DNA of 12,684 nucleotides, from contig CAZHPN010000172.1 in assembly GCA_964534375.1 (NCBI GenBank), positions 1 through 12,684 of the forward strand. The letters run 5' to 3'. The notes under the pieces are model-generated. The model made no database searches. It had not been told where the DNA came from and saw nothing but the letters and a program-made list of their open reading frames with translations. Each line of letters starts with the position of its first letter. Position 1 is the stretch's first letter. This DNA is from an uncultured bacterium (GTDB taxonomy: Bacteria; Lernaellota; Lernaellaia; Lernaellales; Lernaellaceae). A program made the position numbers and the translations under genes. This document shows, one piece after another, positions 7,062 through 12,684 of this stretch.

Positions 7062-7898
7062 CTAACCCTTGCATGCGGCGGTTCGCTGCCGGACCGTCCG
7101 ACTACTGACTACTGACTGCTGCGTTCCGACTTCTGACTCCTGGTTTCTGCCTTCTATCTCCTGGCCGCCCGCCGCCAGCGGCAAATCATACCCCGGTTTG
7201 CCGACGGGCACGCCGCCCCACCAGGTGTCGCAACGGTCGGCCATTTCGTTCATGCGGTCGCTGACCGCTTGCCGGATACGTTCGCACTCGGCCTCGTCGG
7301 CGTCGGGCGGCACGAACACCGGCTCGCCGTGCAGCAGCACGATTTTCGTGAACGGCAGCGGCAGAAAATAGCGGTCCCATGACTGGAAGACGAGGCGCCG
7401 CTTCGCCCCGTACATCATCGGGATGATCGGCAGGCCGGTTTCGCGGGCGAGTTTCACCGTCCCCATCTTCAGTTGCCGCGCCGGCCCCTTCGGGCCGTCG
7501 GCCATCATGCCTGCCGTGTGGCCCTCGCGCTCCCGCAGCTTGTCGATCAGGTTCCGCAGCGCTTCGCGGCCGCGGCGCGTCCCGCTGCCGCGCACCGAAT
7601 AAAATCCGAGCCGCAACGCCAGGGCGTTGGCGTACTCGCCGTCTTTGCTGGTGCTGATCATCATCGTCACGTGGCGCGAGCCGAAGTCATAAAAAAAATA
7701 AAACATCCGCTGATGCCACGTGGGGTAAATGCAACCGCCGTATTTCTGCAGCGCTTCGCGTTCGCGCTCCTCGTGCTCGCGCGCGACCACGCGGCACGAA
7801 CCGTTCCACAAACGCAGCAGCCACGCCGCGATCGGCGGCGCGATTCGGAGCAGCAGCCTCTCCCAGAAGTTGAAGACATTATTCGCCTGTTCGGACAT
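7062..7898 (-). CDS. DUF374 / lysophospholipid acyltransferase-like protein
   Basis: PTWHQR, MMISTSKDGE, VRGSGTRRGREA, MMADGPKGP, LARETGLPIIP and SWDRYFLPLPF match DUF374-type proteins. The last ~35 aa are an atypical tail. Confidence 0.88.
   Translation of the reverse strand: MSEQANNVFNFWERLLLRIAPPIAAWLLRLWNGSCRVVAREHEEREREALQKYGGCIYPTWHQRMFYFFYDFGSRHVTMMISTSKDGEYANALALRLGFYSVRGSGTRRGREALRNLIDKLREREGHTAGMMADGPKGPARQLKMGTVKLARETGLPIIPMMYGAKRRLVFQSWDRYFLPLPFTKIVLLHGEPVFVPPDADEAECERIRQAVSDRMNEMADRCDTWWGGVPVGKPGYDLPLAAGGQEIEGRNQESEVGTQQSVVSSRTVRQRTAACKG
7098..7160. repeat. Heptamer tandem array, family C (CTGACTN / CAGAAGT), inside the 3' end of the DUF374 CDS
   Basis: ccgacta ctgacta ctgactg ctgcgtt ccgactt ctgactc ctggttt ctgcctt ctatctc (9 degenerate units). 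Confidence 0.8.
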
Positions 7899-7904
7899 GG
7901 CGTC

Positions 7905-7934
7905 AGAATATGGTCACCCGCCGCCTTGCGTCAA
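7905..7934 (-). promoter_or_regulatory. Sigma70-type promoter for the DUF374 gene, likely giving a leaderless mRNA
   Basis: Minus strand reads TTGACG (7934-7929)-N18-TATTCT (7910-7905)-N6-ATG (7898). No SD is visible. Confidence 0.55.
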
Positions 7935-7981
7935 GTTGCCGCGCGACACAAACTATCCGTGAGCATCGACAGGAGGCCGTT

Positions 7982-9682
7982 GTGGGAATTTTGCGGTGGT
8001 TGTGGGAAATGGCCGCGCGGGCGTACGCGGCGGTCTATTGGCGGCTGACCGGGCGCCTCCTGCGGCGCGCGCGGTACGAGGCGATCGAGATCGAAATCGC
8101 CGGCGCATTGCCCGAACACCGGGCGCCGGGCTCGCCGTTCGAATTTCGTCGCCCGGCGCGGCTGACCCATCGGCGGCTGATCGAGCTGCTGGATTTCGCC
8201 GCGGCCGACCCGCGCCTGAAGACGATCATCGTGCGGCTGGGGCCGCTCACCGTCGGGCTGGCGCGGCTGCAGGAGGTCGCGCGCGCGCTCGACCGGGTCA
8301 AGGCCGCCGGCAAGACGCTGGTCGCGCACCTGGATTCCGTCGGCCTGCGCGAATACGTGCTCGCGGCGCGCTGCCAGCGGCGGCTGATGACGCCGACCGC
8401 GGTGCTCGCGCTCACCGGGCTCAACATGGAAATCACCTATCTGCGCGGCCTGCTCGACAAGGCCGACGTCGAGGCCGATTTGCTCGTCGCCGGCAAGTTC
8501 AAGAGCGCCGCCGAAATGTTCACGCGCACCAGCGCCGGCGAGGCGTCGCACGCGATGACCGAGGGGCTGCTCGACGACCTCTACACGCAGCTCGTCGCCG
8601 ACGTCGCGACGGCCCTCGGCAAGAGCCCGGCGCAGGTGGCGAAGTTGATCGACGGCGGACCGTACGCGCCCGAGCGGGCGGTAAAGGCCGGCCTCGTCGA
8701 CAAGCTCGCCTACCGCGACGAGATGCTCGCGGAACTCGGCGTCAAAGACGAACGACGGCTGGTCCCTGGGCTGCGCTATTGGCGGCTCATGGAGCGCCGC
8801 GAACGCGCCCGGGCGCGGATGATCGCCGCGCCGACCCTGGCGCTGGTCCATTTGTCGGGCGCGATCCGCGACGGCCGCGGCGACCCGGCGAGCGGGCGGC
8901 CCGGCGCCGACAGTTACGTCAAGCTGCTGCGCCGCCTGCGCCGCGACAAACGCGTCAAGGCGGTGGTGCTGCGCATTGCCAGTCCCGGCGGCGCGGCCGG
9001 CGGCTCGGATCTGATCCGGCGCGAGGCGGCCAACCTCGCCGCGGAGAAGCCGCTGGTGGTCAGCATGGGCGACGTCGCCGCTTCGGGCGGTTATATGGCG
9101 GCGGTCGCAGGCCGGACGATTCTCGCCGAACCGGCCACGTTGACCGGCTCGATCGGCGTCATCGCGGGCAAGTTCGCGGTCGCCGGGCTGCTCGCCAAAC
9201 TCGGCGTAAACGTCGAGGCGCACCGACGCGGCGCCGCGGCGGGCATCTTTAGCGGCCTCGGGCGGTTTTCCGCGTTGGAACGGAGGCGCATGACCGAAGT
9301 GCTCGGCGCGGCCTACAGTTCATTCAAGGAAGCGGTCGCCGCGGGCCGAAAAATGACGGCCGAACGCGTCGACGAAATCGCCGAGGGCCGCGTCTGGACC
9401 GGCCGCGAAGCGCTCGAACACAAGCTCGTCGACAAGCTCGGCGGCCTCGCCGAAGCGCTCGCCGAGGCGAAAAATCTCGCCGGCTGCGCGGCCGGCGAGC
9501 CGGCGCGCTGGATCGAGTTCCCCCAGCCGCTCAGCCCGTGGCGGCTGTTGCGCAGTTTCGGGGCGGTTGACGCCGTTTTGCCGGCCCTCACGGCCGATTC
9601 GCCGCTGGCCATGCTCGACGAGATGCGCGCTCTGGCCGCGGGTCCGTATGCGGGGCTGCCTTTCCGAATTCGCGTCAAGTGA
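7982..9682 (+). CDS. sppA: Signal peptide peptidase SppA (protease IV, two-domain 67K type, S49)
   Basis: GKFKSAAE (general-base Lys), VLRIASPGG, SMGDVAASGGY (nucleophile Ser), TLTGSIGV, IAEGRVWTGREA, LVDKLGG. GTG at 7982 lies 5 nt after a perfect AGGAGG (7971-7976). Confidence 0.93.
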   Translation: MGILRWLWEMAARAYAAVYWRLTGRLLRRARYEAIEIEIAGALPEHRAPGSPFEFRRPARLTHRRLIELLDFAAADPRLKTIIVRLGPLTVGLARLQEVARALDRVKAAGKTLVAHLDSVGLREYVLAARCQRRLMTPTAVLALTGLNMEITYLRGLLDKADVEADLLVAGKFKSAAEMFTRTSAGEASHAMTEGLLDDLYTQLVADVATALGKSPAQVAKLIDGGPYAPERAVKAGLVDKLAYRDEMLAELGVKDERRLVPGLRYWRLMERRERARARMIAAPTLALVHLSGAIRDGRGDPASGRPGADSYVKLLRRLRRDKRVKAVVLRIASPGGAAGGSDLIRREAANLAAEKPLVVSMGDVAASGGYMAAVAGRTILAEPATLTGSIGVIAGKFAVAGLLAKLGVNVEAHRRGAAAGIFSGLGRFSALERRRMTEVLGAAYSSFKEAVAAGRKMTAERVDEIAEGRVWTGREALEHKLVDKLGGLAEALAEAKNLAGCAAGEPARWIEFPQPLSPWRLLRSFGAVDAVLPALTADSPLAMLDEMRALAAGPYAGLPFRIRVK

Positions 9683-9690
9683 CGCGATTT

Positions 9691-9725
9691 CGGAAGACAG
9701 AAGTCAGAAGTCAGAAGGCAGAAGG
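9691..9725. repeat. Heptamer tandem array, family C (CAGAAGK x5)
   Basis: cggaaga cagaagt cagaagt cagaagg cagaagg, starting 8 nt after the sppA stop. Confidence 0.88.
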
Positions 9726-9762
9726 CCGGCGCCGCACTGCTCGCCTGCGCCGGCTCAGGTGG

Positions 9763-9825
9763 TAGGTGAAATAGGTCATCTAGGTCGTATAGGTCCCATA
9801 AGTCCTATGGGTTCCGTAATTCCCA
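9763..9825. repeat. Nonamer tandem array, family B (TAGGTCCYA, about 7 units)
   Basis: taggtgaaa taggtcatc taggtcgta taggtccca taagtccta tgggttccg taattccca. Reverse complement of the 6993-7039 family. Confidence 0.85.
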
Positions 9826-9841
9826 TGGCAACCCGCGCTCT

Positions 9842-9929
9842 CCCGAATCCCGGGACCCGAAATCCGGCGCCCGGCACCCGGAACCCGGAACCCGAATCCC
9901 GAGTCCCGAGTCCCGAGTCCCGAATCCCG
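9842..9929. repeat. Heptamer tandem array, family A (CCCGRRW, 12.5 units)
   Basis: cccgaat cccggga cccgaaa tccggcg cccggca cccggaa cccggaa cccgaat cccgagt cccgagt cccgagt cccgaat cccg. Confidence 0.92.
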
Positions 9930-9958
9930 TTCACGGGCGCCCGCTCATCTGCTATAAA
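9930..9958 (+). promoter_or_regulatory. Sigma70-type promoter with extended -10 for the FabK-like gene
   Basis: TTCACG (9930-9935)-N17-TATAAA (9953-9958), with TG at 9950-9951. SD GAGG at 9976-9979. Confidence 0.55.
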
Positions 9959-9986
9959 AGCTGCGAACCAAAACCGAGGTTGCGAC

Positions 9987-10943
9987 ATGAATCGTGTGCG
10001 GAAACTTTTCGGCATTCGTTATCCGATCGTCGGGGCCGGCATGGTCTGGTGGTCCAACGCCGATCTTTGCGCCGCCGTGGCCGCGACCGGCTGCTTGGGC
10101 CTGCTCGCCGGCGGCAGCCATACGCCGGAGCAGATGGCCGCGGCGATCGACGAGGTGCGCCGCCGCACCGACGGCGTCTTCGGCATCAATATTCCGCTGC
10201 TCTACTCGACCGCCGACGAGATCATCCGCGTCGGCCTGGACAAGGGCGTCAAGATTTTCTTCACCAGCGCGGGCAGCCCGAAGAAGTACACCGGCCTGAT
10301 CCACGAACGGGGCGGCATCGTCGTGCACGTCGTGCCGGCGGCGAAACTGGCTAAAAAATGCGAGGAGGCCGGCTGCGACGCGGTCGTGGCCGAGGGCGGC
10401 GAAGGCGGCGGGCACATCGCCGCGGAACCGGTCGCCAGCATGGTGTTGTGGCCGGCGGTCGTCGACGCGGTGAAGATTCCGGTAATCGCGGCCGGCGGCG
10501 TCGTCGACGCCCGGCACATGGCCGCGGCGTTCGCGCTCGGCGCCGACGGCATCCAGGTCGGCACGCGGTTCATCGCCTGCGCGGAATCGACCGGCCACCC
10601 CGCGTACGTGCAGCGCGTGCTCGACATGGACGAAACCGGCACCGCCGTCACCGGCCGTTTCATCGAACCGGTGCGCGGCATCCGCAACAAATTGACCGAC
10701 GCGATCGTCGAGATGGAGCGCGAGGGCAAATCGCCGCAGGAAATCCTCGCCTTCATCGGCCCCGGCCGCAGCCGCGCCGCAACGCTCGACGGCGACGTCG
10801 AGTGGGGCTCGATGCAGTGCGGCCAGGTCGCCGGCCTGATCCACGACCGGCCGCCGGCGGCCGAAGTGGTCCGCCGCTTCGTCGACGATTATCGCCGGGT
10901 GGTCGAGCGCACCGCGGCGATGGACCCGGCGATCACGACCTGA
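9987..10943 (+). CDS. FabK-like enoyl-ACP reductase II / nitronate monooxygenase family flavoprotein
   Basis: IRYPIVGAGMVW, FGINIPL, AVVAEGGEGGGH, KIPVIAAGGVVD, LGADGIQVGTRF, GQVAGLI. ATG at 9987 with SD GAGG. The upstream extension in the ORF track is repeat-derived. Confidence 0.9.
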   Translation: MNRVRKLFGIRYPIVGAGMVWWSNADLCAAVAATGCLGLLAGGSHTPEQMAAAIDEVRRRTDGVFGINIPLLYSTADEIIRVGLDKGVKIFFTSAGSPKKYTGLIHERGGIVVHVVPAAKLAKKCEEAGCDAVVAEGGEGGGHIAAEPVASMVLWPAVVDAVKIPVIAAGGVVDARHMAAAFALGADGIQVGTRFIACAESTGHPAYVQRVLDMDETGTAVTGRFIEPVRGIRNKLTDAIVEMEREGKSPQEILAFIGPGRSRAATLDGDVEWGSMQCGQVAGLIHDRPPAAEVVRRFVDDYRRVVERTAAMDPAITT

Positions 10944-10949
10944 GGGACA

Positions 10950-11005
10950 CGGGATTCGGGATTCGGGACTCGGGACTCGGGACTCGGGATTCGGGATTCG
11001 GGACT
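10950..11005. repeat. Heptamer tandem array, family A (CGGGAYT x8)
   Basis: cgggatt cgggatt cgggact cgggact cgggact cgggatt cgggatt cgggact, starting 6 nt after the stop codon. Confidence 0.95.
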
Positions 11006-11101
11006 CCGGTCCTGGGTTTGCGAACAGGGAGGCCAACCACTGTTCACTGGTCCCTGCGGGCCGCGCTCGCCAAAAAAAATCAGGGCGCCGTCGCTTTTCT
11101 G

Positions 11102-11129
11102 TTGACTGTAAAATCGAACCGACTATCTT
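11102..11129 (+). promoter_or_regulatory. Sigma70-type promoter upstream of the ATP-grasp gene
   Basis: TTGACT (11102-11107)-N16-TATCTT (11124-11129), with an A8 tract (11072-11079) upstream that could act as an UP element. Confidence 0.6.
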
Positions 11130-11276
11130 TCTGCACTGAACGAACGTGGCAATCGCGGACACGAATTAAGAAAGCGCCAACCACATGCCAAAGCCAGTCG
11201 CTGGCTCGCCCGCAAAGGACTCGTCGGCCGCCTCGCCGCTTGATCCGGACCCCTTGCCGGCGGAGGCGCGAGCACT

Positions 11277-11318
11277 CAGTAGTCAGAAGTCAGTAGTCAG
11301 AAGTCAGAAGCCAGAAGT
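11277..11318. repeat. Heptamer tandem array, family C (CAGWAGY x6)
   Basis: cagtagt cagaagt cagtagt cagaagt cagaagc cagaagt. Confidence 0.92.
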
Positions 11319-11388
11319 TCGAAGAGCCTCCCGCAAAATTCGACCCTTCGATGGTTCGCCAGCGTCGATCTGCGCCGCCGGCGCGATC

Positions 11389-11423
11389 CCCGGAACCCGG
11401 AACCCGGAACCCGGGACCCGAAT
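11389..11423. repeat. Heptamer tandem array, family A (CCCGGAA-type x5)
   Basis: cccggaa cccggaa cccggaa cccggga cccgaat. Confidence 0.9.
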
Positions 11424-11443
11424 CGGCGAATCTTGCCATCCAT

Positions 11444-11471
11444 TCCGCAATCCGAAATCCGCTATCGGCAA
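11444..11471. repeat. Heptamer tandem array, family D (TCCGCAA-type x4)
   Basis: tccgcaa tccgaaa tccgcta tcggcaa. Confidence 0.8.
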
Positions 11472-11489
11472 TCTCATGGGGCGAACAGT

Positions 11490-12684
11490 ATGAAGATCGC
11501 GTTCACGCACAATTTGCAGGTCCGCCAGAGCGAAGAAGAGGCCGAATTCGACCGGCCGGAAACGGTCCACGCGATCGCCTCCGCGCTCGAACGGCTCGGA
11601 CACGAAGTCGAACTGATCGAGGTCAGCGGCCCGGCGTCGCGGGTCGTCGCGCGGCTCGAAGCCATGAACCCGGCGCTGGCGTTCAACACGGCCGAGGGCC
11701 GCGCCGGGCGGTTCCGCGAGGCGTTTTATCCGGGCCTGTTCGACCAACTGGCGGTGCCGTACACCGGCTCGGACGCCTACGTCTGCTCGATCACGCTCGA
11801 CAAGCAGTTGACGAAGATGCTTGTCGCCGCCCACGGCGTGCCGACCCCGCGCTGGCGGTTCTACGACGACCTGCGCACGTTCACGATGCCCGAGTTGACC
11901 TACCCCGTCATCGTCAAGCCGAATTTCGAAGGCAGTTCCAAGGGCATCACGCAGGATTCGGTCGTCGACCACCCGAGCCGCCTGCTGGAAAAAGTCACGG
12001 AAATGCTGGGCCAGTATCCGTCCGGCATCATCGTCGAGGAATTCATTCCAGGCAAAGACATCACCGTAGCGTTTCTCGAAAAGGCCTCGCCGAAAACCGG
12101 CGGCGTGCTGCCCGCGACCGAATACATTTTCGCGGCGCACGTCATGGCCGGCCGCCGCTACAACATCATGGACTTCGCGCTGAAGCTGACCGAAAACGAT
12201 TGCGTGACGCTCAAGTCGCCCGCGGACATCCCGCCCGAGACAGCCGAGGAATTCTCGCGGCTCTCGCGCAAGATCTACAGCATCCTCGGCGTGCGCGACC
12301 TGGGCTCCGTCGACTTCCGCCTGACGCCGGACGGCCGCATCTACTTCCTCGAACTGAACGCGTTGCCGATCCTCAACCCCGGCGCCGTCACCTATTGCGC
12401 GGCGCAGGCCGTCGGCTTGAAAGACATGGACGGCGTGCTCGAGGCCGTCATCCGCAGCGCCGCCGAGCGCCAGGGCATCGACATGTCCAAGAGCCGGCTG
12501 AAGGCCAAGCGCCGGCAACTGCGCGTCGGCCTGACCTACAACCTCAAACGCAAAGTGCCCAAATCCGCCGACGACGACGACAGCGAAGCCGAGTACGATT
12601 CGTGGACGACGATCGAGTCGATCGGCAAAGGCATCGCCTCGCACGGCCACGAGGTCGTTTACCTCGAAGCGACGCCCGAACTGC
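11490..12684 (+). CDS. D-Ala-D-Ala-ligase-like ATP-grasp protein with tandem duplicated domains (3' truncated; absent from ORF track)
   Basis: Manual translation gives MKIAFTHNL...EAEFDRPETVHAIASALERLGHEV...AFNTAEG...VPYTGSD...TLDKQLTK...YPVIVKPNFEGSSKGI...IVEEFIPGKDITV...VDFR...YFLELNALP. From about 12519 a second N-terminal module follows: LRVGLTYNLKR...EAEYDSWTTIESIGKGIASHGHEVVYLEA. No stop before the window end. Confidence 0.9.
   Translation, partial: MKIAFTHNLQVRQSEEEAEFDRPETVHAIASALERLGHEVELIEVSGPASRVVARLEAMNPALAFNTAEGRAGRFREAFYPGLFDQLAVPYTGSDAYVCSITLDKQLTKMLVAAHGVPTPRWRFYDDLRTFTMPELTYPVIVKPNFEGSSKGITQDSVVDHPSRLLEKVTEMLGQYPSGIIVEEFIPGKDITVAFLEKASPKTGGVLPATEYIFAAHVMAGRRYNIMDFALKLTENDCVTLKSPADIPPETAEEFSRLSRKIYSILGVRDLGSVDFRLTPDGRIYFLELNALPILNPGAVTYCAAQAVGLKDMDGVLEAVIRSAAERQGIDMSKSRLKAKRRQLRVGLTYNLKRKVPKSADDDDSEAEYDSWTTIESIGKGIASHGHEVVYLEATPEL

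Larger units (their letters stand above)
11185..11493 (+). other. Possible leader ORF (102 aa), largely repeat-encoded; coding status uncertain
   Basis: ATG about 50 nt after the predicted transcription start. Its TGA overlaps the ATP-grasp ATG (ATGA, 11490-11493). Low-complexity Pro/Ser/Arg content and no recognised family. Confidence 0.25.

Noticed and set aside
2701..7703. A-tracts inside CDSs (2701-2707, 7691-7703) as phase-variation or frameshift sites
   Set aside because: They are short and in frame, and simply encode Phe/Tyr runs (FFY, FYFFY) on the minus strand.
9567..9986. 140-aa N-terminal extension of the FabK-like ORF
   Set aside because: It is encoded by the sppA 3' end and stop-poor repeat arrays. 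A promoter and SD sit directly before the ATG at 9987.
7931..11296. ORFs 7931..9223 (-), 7996..9252 (+), 9945..11162 (-), 10358..11296 (+)
   Set aside because: Antisense or off-frame readings of sppA and the FabK-like gene, with no independent coding signal.
9691..11471. Repeat arrays as CRISPR, or as IS terminal inverted repeats
   Set aside because: Units are 7-9 nt, directly tandem, with no unique spacers. No cas or transposase gene and no clear target-site duplication is visible.
11304..12650. 448-aa minus-strand ORF
   Set aside because: It is the antisense shadow of the ATP-grasp gene on the plus strand, which has clear family motifs.
11185..12684. Graspetide (ATP-grasp RiPP) precursor plus synthetase
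   Set aside because: The enzyme looks Ddl-like rather than RimK/MvdD-like. The small ORF's repetitiveness comes from 7-nt DNA repeats found throughout the window, not from repeated core peptides.
11490..12684. Assigning the symbol ddl or a van resistance ligase
   Set aside because: The canonical N-terminal GGxSxE motif is absent, catalytic positions differ, the domain is duplicated, and no mur/fts or van genes are nearby.

Overview
GC-rich (roughly 65-70% by eye) bacterial chromosomal window with 12 protein-coding genes. In order: the 3' end of a TPR-repeat protein (+); an AidB-like acyl-CoA dehydrogenase (-); a tight GNAT / gamma-glutamylcyclotransferase-like / SAM-methyltransferase trio (-); an unknown helical protein (-); rsmE and prmA (-); a DUF374-type acyltransferase-like gene (-) divergent from a 67K-type sppA (+); a FabK/nitronate-monooxygenase-family gene (+); and a D-Ala-D-Ala-ligase-like ATP-grasp gene (+, from 11490) that runs off the window and is missing from the ORF track. 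No rRNA, tRNA, CRISPR array or transposase was recognised. Two things stand out. (1) Most larger intergenic regions carry short tandem arrays from several 7-9 nt repeat families. They occur in a recurring order and polarity, form a perfect 39-bp inverted pair around the FabK-like gene, and extend into the 3' ends of two genes. (2) The ATP-grasp protein is a tandem duplication whose first domain has changes at canonical Ddl catalytic positions, and it is preceded by a long, repeat-filled leader with an overlapping small ORF. All family calls come from motif recognition by eye, not from database searches.
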